The position numbers and the translations under genes are program-made. Under the pieces are notes generated by a model that did not search any database, was not told the DNA's origin, and worked only from the letters and a program-made list of their open reading frames with translations. 64,000 bases of DNA from Hyphochytrium catenoides (taxonomy: Eukaryota; Protista; Hyphochytriomycota): NCBI GenBank assembly GCA_900088475.1, contig FLMG01001160.1, positions 1-64,000 on the forward strand, given 5' to 3'. Of the stretch, positions 1 to 12,100 are shown piece by piece. Position 1 is the stretch's first letter, and each line of letters starts with the position of its first letter.

Positions 1-2199
1 TGCCTGTGTAAGCAAACGACGTTGAAGAGCCCGCCACACGTCTTTCGATTATAAAATTACTGCGGTAGCTTTTTTTTTATACTCGTAGAGTTAGAGTTGA
101 GATCGAATGAGAGAGAGAAGAAAAAGAAATCAATTTCTATGCGGGAAAGCGCAGCTTATCTGGTCATTAGAAAATACCCTCGTTAGCTCTTTGAGAACCG
201 CCGCCATGACAATGAGAGTTGATGGAGGACGGAGGAAGTGAAGAGAAAGAGGCTTGTTGAGACGCTTCCATTTATCTGAAACAGCCAACCTTCTTCAAAG
301 GAACAACTAAGGTTCACTCAGTTTACTTATTCCTAGCATGCTTGGGTGCCTTTTTTTTTGGTGTTCTGCAAGAGAAATGTGGGAGGATCCACTGCTCTCC
401 ATCCTGCTTGTCAGTTGGTACCCTTCAGACCTCCCCTCGGCTCTTATACACATACTTTGTGGCGGCTTGGGCAACCATGTTTATGTGTCCTCACTTCAAC
501 ATCAGGATGGGTGGAATATCCGAGGACAACTGACTCCGATATATTGCACTTGAAGTTGCCATGCTACCCTCTTACTCGATCCTATTTAGTAGATTTTTTA
601 CCTTACTCTTGATTACTTCAGAGTGCATACTATAATACGCTGGGTTCCTTTTACCGGAGTCAATTTGAATGATTTGTATTGTTTCCTTTCTGAGGCCCCC
701 GCAAGTGAAGAAGTGGGTGGTCCCGCAGTCAGAAGAGAAAGGACGCGAAAGATGTGTGTAAGGAAAGAAAGGGTATGAAGGGCGATGTTGCTACATACAC
801 ACTAATAAATCTGACTCGATTCCAGGAACAGCCACCTGCTTGCTGAGCAGCTTCTGCACAAAGTTCAAGTGGGAAGACCACAGTGGACAAAATAAGGTTT
901 CTCGCAGCAATAATACTTGAATAGAACTTTCTATAAGCCCTTTCCAAAGGCAGCTCTGAGAGATAGAGCCCCCCGTTCTCATCACTTCTGTGGCTCTTGG
1001 GCAGGCATTTTATAGCCCACCCACGCCACTAACATGGGTATACTGTAAAGGACAATCCCAAGTCCCCGCATTGACAGGCCGTAGTTCTAGTAGCAGCTGG
1101 CCATTCCAGTTAACCTTATGTTCACTGCACCATATTCCCACCCACCTGGTGTTTGGCGTGTTGGTTGTGTAAGGTTTTGGTCTTTTTGAACAGCACCCAT
1201 ATTTGCCCTCGTACTTGAGGTCCTCGTGCCAACCTGCTGCTCCCTGATTCCTCCCTCGTGTCTTTTGCCCCTTCCTCCTATCTCCCTTCACACTCTTGCG
1301 GCCTTTCTTTCCGTCTGTTCTTCAAGGCAACATGAGCTCGCCTCTCTCATCAAGCCAGCCCCCAAAGACTTTTCCCAGAAACCTGAACAGACCTCAACTA
1401 CGGCAGTAGTAATACTATTGTGGGATCGACAAAGCAGCGTATTGAGCTCTTTCTCGTTAGTAATACGAGCTCTTCGCCGCTCGCAGGGCCTTGGGCGGAG
1501 GCAACTTTTGTTGTACTCCAAGATTATTTGGTCTGCATTACTGCTCGTCCCTATGGCCCTTTGCTAACAATGGCTTACCCTTATTAGGAAACATAACTGT
1601 ACTTTTCTTACTTTCTCCTCAAGTTCTCCCTGTTCCTTGCTGGGCTTTAGGGTGGGACAATTCGAGTTGTACTGTAATAATTGTCCCCAAAGCAACAACG
1701 GTCTTGAACAAACCAAAGGAAAGAGAAGAGAATGCTAGGAAGAGGAGGGAGCGGGTGGGGGTGAAAGAGATTTGAAGAGTTTCTGGCTTCCCTATCATTA
1801 TTGGTCTTATAAGGAGACAGAGGCGCAACAGCGCGGACTTTTGACTGAGCTGGTGTTGAAGGAGGAGGGTACATGAGGAGATAGATTGCCTTGCTGCTTG
1901 ATCTGTTTGAGTTGAAGCTCGGACGTTCATTGCCAATATCACGTCTGCGCATTATCTCTATCTCAATTGTCGGTCCTAAGCTCTGGCCGATAGGCAACTG
2001 TAAAAAGCCGACGTTAGTGGAGTCTTCCGCAGCCCGGTGGCGAAGCATCTACAGAGAGGACGACTGAATCGGCGGAGACGCGAACGTGCTTTACCCCTTG
2101 CTAAGACAACCTTAAGCGTAGGAGTGCTAGCGAGAAGCAAAGAGTTTGGAGACTACGAGAGAGCTTCCAATAGCTACATTGGGATCGGGGGCCAAAGCC

Positions 2200-3236
2200 A
2201 TGTTTACTTTGCCCTGTAATTTTCCAGGTTGTCTGAAATATGCGAAGATAAATGGCAGATGTTTGCAACACTGTCCGGCAGGGGAACAGAGCATAAGAAT
2301 GGATTCACTCTGCAGTCCTCGAAAGCCTGAACAAAGCCCTTCATCACCGAGTCGCCAGAGAGATTCCGCGGAACGGTTGGACTCGATGCACGAAAGGATC
2401 ATGAAGCCTGAGACTTCAATACCTACCTGCTCTGAGCAGATGCATATCACGATTCCGACCATTCTACAAGTGTTAAAAGAACGCGCTCCAGAAGCTGGGA
2501 ATGCTAATTTCGCGGCGTTCCCAGTACGTAAAGTGCCATTCTCCCCTTGCTTCTCCCCAAAGCCAGCGAACTGCCTACCAAGAATTCGCCAGTTACAGGA
2601 GATGAGCAGGATGAGTAATGCAGCGACTATGGCAGTGACTGGCAGTCCACTGGTTCATCCGATGACCGCACAGGTGATTGGGACTCCAACCACGTGCATC
2701 CTCTCATCAGCCTCTTGTAAGACGTCGGTGACTCAGTCACCACAACGGAAGTCATCGTTTGTGCTCGACCATGATTCTAGAGGAGAAAGTACAGGGGAAG
2801 AGTCTGATATCGGCATGTCTCGGGAAGAGTGCGAAAACGTACGAGGAGGGAAAGGAGAGACGAAGTGGCCGAGGAGAAAGAAATGCTCGGTCGGTGATTG
2901 CCCCAATATATCCAAAACAAGGTGAGCCACACATCTTAGTATTTGTTGCGAGTATGTACCGATATTTACATTGGCTTTCCACTATACCATAGGGGGCTAT
3001 GTAAAAGACACGGCGGCGGTGAGCGCTGCAACCACCATGGCTGCCCAAATAGTGCGAAAAAAGGAGGCTATTGCATACGCCACGGCGGTGGGCGCTGTGA
3101 GATGGAGGGATGCACTTCAGGGGCAAGACGAGGAGGTCTCTGTGCCTTCCACAACCGAGTGAAACGGCAGACGGCAGCAGCTGACCCTGTAAGCCCACCA
3201 TTTCGCGCGGCTACAGTGATTCGCAGTGTCTCGTAG
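2200..3236 (+). CDS. WRKY19-like Cys/His-repeat (C-x4-C...G-x-C-x2-H) zinc-binding protein, 2 exons
   Basis: ATG at 2200 (MFTLPCNFPGCLKYAKINGRCLQH). GT-AG intron 2922-2992 joins ...CSVGDCPNISKTR to GLCKRHGGGERCNHHGCPNSAKKGGYCIRHGGGRCEMEGCTSGARRGGLCAFH. This repeat type is common in stramenopiles and plants. Confidence 0.8.
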
Positions 3237-3942
3237 ATCAAAAGGGTAGAGAATGACTGGGATGTATGATTGTGCACATGTATGATGTAGACGTAGTGTA
3301 TATAGTTTTATATAAGCGGTCTCGGCGACGTTGGCCTTGGGGTTTCCTACTACCATTGAGGGACTAAATGCCTTGTCCGACTGTACATGGGTAAATATAT
3401 CAATTTTGAAGTTTGTGAGCATCTTGTATCAGACCACAGCTGCACCAGATTAGAGCAATAGTACTAGGATCCATGAGGGGCTTTACCGCGAAAGATAGAG
3501 ATCTTTCCCAGTCTGCGGGAACCATCAGCTCAGCTCATCCCGAAATTTCTTCGTAATCTACAAGCAGCTCATCTTCCGTCCCCCTCATCACTCACCAGAG
3601 AAGATAGGCGGGAGGAGGAGTTATTATGACTGTGTTGTGTTGCGTTTCAGCTCTATATATAACTCAGTGGCAAGCGGAATATGATAACTATCCAATTGAT
3701 AACCATGTCAGAAGAGGTTGTGAGTTGGTCAGGATCTGGCTCCAAAGATACAGTGTGCAGCGCGCAGTATAACGGCAATGCGGTGACTCCTTTCGCTAAC
3801 AAATGAAGAATCTCTGGATGAAGAGCAGAACGTCCCGATGCGATACCGTGGGCTGCGGTCATAGCTGTGTCCATTCCAGGGAAGACAGATCTGGCTGCGA
3901 TATAGCCAAGTGCCTCACCACCGGCTTGGTTAGTCCACCATT

Positions 3943-6049
3943 ATGATTAGCCGTAGCTTAAGTTCCCGTGTGCTCCGGCGCCGCCCCAGTCTTGCGAGTC
4001 GATACTATCGACCTCGCGGTACGCGCCGAGAGGTAATGTTGCATTTATGTACTGTCAGGACGATTCTGTCGGCTGACCACCCTGGTGTTAGCTCTCGTCT
4101 ATCAACAAAGAGGTCTCCATGAGCCCTGGAGAGTTTATTAGAGATATGCAGGTGGCTATCCTGTTCGACTTGTTTTCGCACGTTTTCTCACCAACTGCAG
4201 GGCAACTTCAGGCCCATGGCATCCGTAGAGGCTTCATCAGGTATGAAGAAGGTGCGGGAGTGGTGGCTAGTCATCAGGTCCTACAACCAGTCGCCGATAT
4301 GTTGAGAAAAGACCGAATTGACTTCCACAAGGTGACGCGCGTTATGACACATAAAGCAAATCTTCCGTGGCCGCTGACATAGTATGCCTAGCATGAGGCC
4401 CTCTTCTTCGAAGTTGGGAAGCAATCTAGCGCTTTGATGGGTGCCTTTCTCTGGTGGACATTTCGCGGACAGGTCTCCACCTCGGCTCTCTTACTGAAAA
4501 TTTTCCGACAGACCATTCACTCCCATCTTTCTGCGTTTGGCGCAGGGTTGCGGAGGGATTCGACTCCGAAGCTACATGAGCATGGAAGAATATGTCCGAG
4601 ATGGGATGCGCCTTTCACTTGGAATGGGAAGAAAGAATGCTCTAGCTGGTATTCCCTTAAATATCTACTTCAACTTCCTACGCTGACCTTCCCCGTCCTT
4701 GGGGCTGGACGAGTAGGGCTCTGGTGGGGAGGAGGAAAGGGAGTCATTGCGGAGCCGGATAACATGGATATTAACGACCCGGAATACAGAAGAACACTCT
4801 TTCACGAGTATGGCCAGTTCATAACGTCTCTTAGAGGTGTATACGTCGCAGCTGAAGATTCAGGCGTTAATGTGTCGGATATGGATAACGTGTATGCAAG
4901 GAGCCGCTATACCACGTGCATCTCTCCATACTTGGGAGGCAGTGGCAATCCTTCAGCTCCCACAGCGGCGGGTGTGGTTTGCGCTATGGAGGGGGCGTTA
5001 GCTTTTCGTGGAGAAGGCTCTCTTCAGGGGAAGACTGTAGCCATTCAAGGAGTCGGTAATGTTGGGTAGGGTCCTTTTTGTACTATGTCCTCCAACTCGC
5101 ACATATCGCGTGCAAGCTATCAACTGCTCTCACTTCGTCAGGTTACACCTCATCCGTTACTTACTGGAGAAAGGAGTCAAATCCATAGTAGCGTCAGACA
5201 TTACTGCTCAACGCGTTGTGGAGGTTGGGATGATGCCGATCATTAACGCGGGTAAAGCACTAGACTTACGTTACCACCACAGGTCTCTCGGATGTTTTCA
5301 ACTGACCGGGTTCAGGTTAAGCTTGCTGATCGCGGAGACAACACCATTTTGTCTGAAAAGTGTGACATTGTGTCTCCCTGCGGTTGGGGAGGAGTGCTTG
5401 ATGACTCCACTATTCCCCATATAAGGTACCAAGCCTTGCTATTCTCACGTTGTCCATAACAACCAAGCGGATTGAGCCTCATGGAAGTTATCAGCGCAGG
5501 AATCGTTTGTGGGGCAGCTAATAATCAGTTAGCTAATCCAGAGGATGGTGACCGGAAGCTGGAAGAACGTGGGGTCACCTACGTACCTGACTTCGTGGCG
5601 AACCGTATGGGCATTGTAAATTGTGCCAACGAGCAGGTGAGTGTATTTTGCCTGCTTACTAGTTGGAAATTGAAGAGTGACTAGCTTTCTACAGTATGGA
5701 AGGGTTGGAGCGTTGTCATCGTTGGCAGACCCAGCTATTTCAGCTCACTTAGGACGGGAGGACGTGAATAGTGTATACAATGTGACCCTGGGAGTGCTAC
5801 GACTCGCTGAAGAGAAAAACTTGACGGCGGCTCAAGCAGCAAACCATTTAGCAGACAAGGTCATCTATCCAAGGAGCGCGCCTTCAAATAATTTGTCGTG
5901 ACTACTAATGGCTCTAGCAAGTCTATTTCTTGGACTACTCCCCACTCACGCTTGATGCGCAGGCCGCCAAGAAAGAGCATCCAATTTGGGGCCACCGATC
6001 GAAACACATTATCGAATCTCTTGTGCAAGACCGATGGTTAGAGGAGTGA
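3943..6049 (+). CDS. Glu/Leu/Phe/Val dehydrogenase family protein (leucine dehydrogenase-like), probable mitochondrial presequence, multi-exon
   Basis: Spliced motifs GIRLRSY..DGMRLSLGMGRKNALAGLWWGGGKGVI, YVAAEDSG, GNPSAPTAAGV, Rossmann VAIQGVGNVG, IVCGAANNQL and YVPDFVANRMGIVNCANEQ. The N-terminus MISRSLSSRVLRRRPSLASRYYRPR is Arg/Ser-rich. Stop TGA at 6047-6049. Confidence 0.88.
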
Positions 6050-6199
6050 GCTTCCATGTGTGCTGAAGGAGTCCATCGCCTTTTCCAAGCGTCTACCGCT
6101 CAATGCAATTATGCCATCACAGAGATGCGTGTTCTCCGGTGCATCAGGAGCTCGTATTGCATTCAAGCTAGCTGTCTTAGGTTTACTTTACAAGGGACT

Positions 6200-9100
6200 A
6201 TGGCACTTTAACGATATCATACGTACACGGCACTGAGATTTCTCTTCAAGGGCTCGTCTTCCCGTCTCGACTCTTGTTGGTGGTCTGCATCGGGTCTGGG
6301 GTCTGCAATGCTCATTAGTGCTGGACGCTATGAAAAAGACAGGACGTGATAATGGTGAGCCCGAGAAAAGAGGGGAGGAGGGAGAATAATGCACTACCTT
6401 GCACTTAGGATCTGCATCAACGTTTCCGCAGGCCTTCTTCCGCTTCTCAGAAGATCGCTGCGGTGACTGTAGGCAGGGTTCTTGAGATAATAGCCCTTCA
6501 ACCTTCCGCGCAACGAATGGTGACTGCATCTGAGGAGCGGTACAGACAACCGCTTCTGGCCTGTCCCCTTTGTCGAACGCTGCCGGGCAAAATGCCTGGA
6601 TAAAGGATACCAGGTTAGACCCTGACAGTAGTATGGGGACAGCCTACTTTGTCCACTACTGCAAGTGTTTAATGTGTTATCTAAAGAAGCGAGTTCATGA
6701 TGAATCTTTCGCTAGTCACCTTTTGATGATCTCTACAAGCTGGAAACCAGCGGCCGTCACGCTCAAGCACTAAGCCTTCGTTCTTGGCACACTGACCATG
6801 AAAGCTCTTAGTGCAGTCCCAACCGAGGCACTTAACTGTGGCACCCTTCCTGCTTCGACAATTGCATTTTACCCATTAGCAGCAGCATAATACGTGCAGA
6901 ATTCCAGAGAATTGCGGTTGGCGGTCCACATCATATGAACAGAAGAGATGGCAGGACAGAGAGTCAACTAGGTGCAAAATGTAATAGCAACATCGAGGGT
7001 AGATCAACAACGCTTAGAGATAAGGAGAAAAAGAAGGAGGGGGACAATAGAGAGCTCATGAACAGGGGGAGCTTGGCGACTGAAGATATTCCTGAGATCA
7101 AACGTACAGGGAAGCTTGACAAACGCGGCACGAGCCCAGTATACGGGCAACAGGAATGGACCGCATGTCAACCTGGAAAGACCACCGCGAGAGGCTGTCA
7201 CTTGGATTAAAGAGACGCGAAACCTCAGGGACCAGTAGTGCACAGATCTCATGCACCAAAGAAGTAGTCTTGTTATTCTCCCGGGATATCACCGCAATCG
7301 GCACTAGTTTGCCACTAGGGCAGGGGCAAAAGATGCATGTGTTGTTACCTGCCGGGGTAAAGGGGACATGGCAGGGACGGTAGTCCTGATTGTGAATGGG
7401 TTGAAGATACATGATACTGAGGCATTCTAAGGTAGAGGCGGCAAGACAAAAAGGAGGCATTCTAAGCTAGAGGCGGCAAGGAGGCATTCTATGCTAGAGG
7501 CGGCAAGAAAAAATCAGTCTCACCGGCAACCTCTGTTGGGGCTGATGAAATAGCTGTAGGCGCCACTGTGGACTGAACCTCTGGCACTGTGGACTGAATC
7601 TCTGGTAGTGGAAGCGCTGACTCAATTTGTTCTTTCTGCAAAGTAGACTGTATGACCAGAATACCCTATCAGCTTTAGGTCAAGCAACAAAATCTTGGGT
7701 TTATAACCAACCTGCTTCTTACACCGATAGCAAAAGCAACGGCCCTGACATCGGAAGCAAACCCAAGCTAGGTCTACCATTATAGCCTACAGTGGTAAAG
7801 ACCAAGGCTTTAGATTACTAAAGGGCCGTATTCTCAGGCATAAAGTCTTTCTCACCCTTGCATCAGCGTTGTAGTGCTTCTCTATACAGGTAAGGCAGTA
7901 CCGAACCTTGCAGGTCGTCTTGGAAGACAGCTTTCTCTTGCACTGTACTAATGCCTGCCATCGACAGGTTTTGGTATGCGCAGTTAGCAGTCAGCGATGA
8001 AGGGCTTGTGAGACGGCAAAGATCAAATAAGGACACGGACCTCTGCCTGAAACAGCTTGTTACATCGATGACATCGCTTTTCTTTTGCCTTGCACGTATT
8101 CTCGTCAGCACCAAGTGCTCTCTGTACATCTACAGTACTGCTTCCTGACTTTCCTGCTGCTACGAGGACGCGCGGCGCCTTCCCTATTATGTGCTCCGAA
8201 GGGATGCTGAAGCTGCCGCTTCGCTTATGGTTAGGTGGAGACAAAGAAGAGAACGATGGAGATGGCGGGCAACGGGAAGACGGCGGAAGCTGTCGTTGCC
8301 TCAGCGCATGTCTGGCACAAAGAAGGCCTGTGGCTGCAGCCTCATGCTGATCCTGCAGCCTGAGCTGAAGGCAACAGAGCGGATGGAACGAGCAGGTGCA
8401 TCCGTTGCTGTTACACAAGACAACGCGGCCGCCTTCCCGACCACACACCATACACGCAAGCTATATGACAAAATGTTAGTAGATATTTTAGGCGCTATGG
8501 AAGAAAAAGGTCTGCCAGTAAGAACGTGGCTGCCAGGAAGGGGGGGCCCTGAATTCTGGCAGAGGGTTTAGCTGTAGTTGCGGCTCCTTACCGCTGGGTC
8601 TTTTGGTAGAGGTTTCCCTTCGGTGAATCTGGTGCAGAGAATGTGCACCCAGCCTTCATCCCGCTGCTTCATTGCTCCTCCGCTTCTAAGACATAGGCTA
8701 CAGTGGTGGTCTGCTGCCACTGCTTGAGACTCTCCCTCAACAGTGCCATTTTCTGCCGTCGTTCGTTTGCTTTGCATTTTGACCGACTTGCAGGGATCGC
8801 AATACCAGTCGCCGGTGGGAATAACAGGGACATCATAACACTTTTGATGCACCGCAAGGTTACATCTGCATTTGATACGACGCAGTTTTGCATGAGTGCG
8901 AGGAAAAGCAGGCTTCACTTTCAAAGGCAGACAAAGGGCCAGAGCTGAAAGTTCTTAATGAGAGTAACCGCGATAAGCCACGCAAGTTTGGACAGATTGA
9001 AGACTGTTTGTGAGCCTTTACCTGTCGCAAAAAAGAATTTGATTCTCAAACTCCGAAGTTCCGCTGCTGCACACGGAGCACTTCGCACTTAATATTGCTT

Positions 9101-12100
9101 CCAGCTCTTTCCGCCGTTGTTCTTCCTCTTCTTTTAGCCTTGTAACAATGGCCAGGTAGTCTGCCGTATCCTTTTCAGCCAATCTTTCATGGGGAGAGGA
9201 CTAAGAACGGAAATGTGAAGTGTCAGTAAGTCATAGGTCGTGTTTCCTTGATCAATATTGGCGCTGCTGCAGAGCACAAAACGAGCGGGAAGGCAGAGCC
9301 GCTAATCTCATGCGGACCGTATGCAAGATCCCGAAAATATTCTATGAAGAGTCATAGCGAAGGAGATAGGTGTCTCTTACTGTCTCCTTTTCTTGTCTGT
9401 CAATCTGGATGATGCAATCGACCTGCCTTGAAAGCTTCGCACGCATGTCCTCAAATTGTCTATTAAGCGTTGCGATGGTGTTCACAAGCTCATCTGAGCC
9501 ATCCTTTGAGAATTCATTCCCATCATGAGGATCCATGGCACTAGTTATGAGGAGAGGAGTCAAATGCTTGCGGGTCTTGACAGAGGTACGGACACAAAGA
9601 ATAGGGAGGCTCAGAACGCCGTGCCAAAGTTTGCTGCTTACCTCAATATCGTCAAGAGCTGGTTCTTGGTCGGGTGGGAGAAGAATGCCGAATCTAGAGC
9701 GGGCCAAATATCTCCAACTTTTAGGGGGCCTGGCGAGGGCCAGCCCCATGAGACGGTACGGTCTTGGCCGTCCTGTACTTGACAGGATGGAGAAAGCGAA
9801 CCGTCATCATTGTCGCCAAGGTCCACCAGAGTTGCTGGAGACACTTTATCCCGCAGAGAAGTATCACATGCTGACGCCGGGGTTGATAGCGGAGGTTCTG
9901 TGCTCGTGGGGACGGACATAGACAGTTAGTCTCTCGCTCCAAAGTGAGCCGCTGAAAGGCCCCTTAGAAAGTCGCTCGTGTAACCTTCTTCAACAAATCA
10001 CTATTCTCCTAAACTAAATGTGACTTGAACGGACAACATGATAGTCCATCTGTTCCCGTGAAATATGGTGCAGCACACTTGGCTTAGACCCCATAGAGCC
10101 GCTAATAACTGACCGCCTGCTGACCAGAAAAAAAGCCAAGACGCTGCCTATATGACTTCTTGCTAGTATGCTTCGCATTACCTTTCGAATGCTTTAAACA
10201 ATACGCTACCCATTGGAGACCTCCTGCCGTATTGACCTCTTGGAACTTAAAGCCACTAGCTCTCCCGCAGGAAGGATGGAAAGCTACTTTGCAGGAACGG
10301 TAAGCGCATTGGATGCTACACCCTTGACGTTTATCCACACACAAAGAGCAACGCAGGACTTTTCGGAGCTTGAAGGCCCTATGCATGTGAACACATAAGA
10401 TTGTGAGATATTAGACCTGACTATGGAGGAAAGATGCCTGATCAGGTCTTAGCGCAGATTATTTGGACTCTTTCCGGTCAGAGACAGCTAGGGAAGGAAT
10501 TAAAGAGAAATTGACGAGACAAATGCGACTAAGAACTTGAGGTGATTGTCAGTCCCGAGTTACTACCTCTCTTCCCCCATAATGGGCTGCAGCTTTTCGG
10601 GTTGCCCGAAAGTGATCTCTGGTATGTAGAAAGCGCAGAAAATGTGCGCCCAGCCACCGCTAGTTGTCCTTTTCATGGCTCCTCCCTTTTCCGGACAAAA
10701 GATGCACTGCGGTCTTGATGACTGCAGCCCAAACGCGCTGAGGCCCCGGGAGAAGGAACAGGCATCACAGCGCCAGGGGTCTAGTCGGCAGTGGTTGCAA
10801 GAAAGTGAGAAGGTGTGACAAAAACAGCAATTGCAGAGTAAAACGGCATATCTGCCTCCAGCAGGAGAGTTTGGAACCAAGAACGCGACCAACTTAACAC
10901 AATTAGTGGGAATCAGAATACGTCTCCTCCGTCATATGGGACTCTCAAGTATATCGGCTTCTATCCTGCAGCCTACCTGGCAGCTTCTCCTCCAAAGCGT
11001 AACAGTCAAGGTGGACGTGTAGCCCACAATCTGAGCAGGCCATAGATTCTTCTCCTGCCTGCTGCCAGCAAACATGACACTGGATAGACCTTGTTCCTTC
11101 TCCAATCTCCGAATCTTCATGACTTGAGACGGCGGAACTGCTTTCGAAACTATGAAAGCCATCTTCTTTGCTGACCACCAGACACTCACCATTGGTAGTA
11201 CCTTTGGCCTGAAGGAGCAATGGATAAGGACTCAATAAGAGCAAAATGAAAAGAGAAACCTCCGGAGAGTAACGATATTTGTGTTACTTTCAGCAAATGT
11301 CCAGGAAAGAGTGCTTGCAACTTATTCAAGTGCAAGGCCTTGAAAGCCATAAACCAGGAGTCGTGCGCTACTGCCACAACGGCGGAGAAAATGCTGACTG
11401 CGCAAATGTGATTCTTACGTTTGCTTTGGAGAGGTTGTTGGCTGGATTACTCGGACCAATATCTCCAGGTGCTTTGCCGCCATATATAAGAGCTGAGGAC
11501 AATGCCTTCTTGCTCAATTTGCCATATTCCAAAACATGCTTTGGACAGTAGGTTGTCAAATTNNNNNNNNNNNNNNNNNNTTGAAAGATGAACCGAATGC
11601 CATGAGAGAGGCCGCAAGTGGCATGGAACGCCTTTACGCAGGATGGTTGGGAGCATTGGAGACATGCACCTGCTGCTTTCCTATTGGAGCTTGGAGCTTT
11701 CTGGGAGATCAAGAAGCGTTAACTGTACCACTTACGCTGAAGGCCACCTTCTGCAGGGAAGAAGGGGGTTTGCTGTGTACTAGACAGAATAATTTCTGGC
11801 AAAACTGCATAAGTAGAACAGAGATCCTGTGTAGACTTACCTGCTTGCAAAAAATGCAGGTCAGAGACCAGCGGGCTGGGTTCATAGATGACAACGCGCA
11901 AACTCGCTCCTTCATGTCCGGGCTATGGTAAAACAGCTCTGGGATGCTCTCTACACAAACGATATGCACCCAATGTCCACCCACTGTGCGGGTGAAGGCA
12001 CCGCCTTCGCATAGTCAATAACAGGTAGTCGATAAGATATAGAAGTGTTGGATCCGGTGTAGAGAAGAGCCCAGGAAGTTAGTTTGAACTTTTGAGACGA

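Noticed and set aside
1-2100. Short ORFs in the first 2 kb
   Set aside because: No recognisable motifs or consistent exon chain; likely intergenic or UTR.
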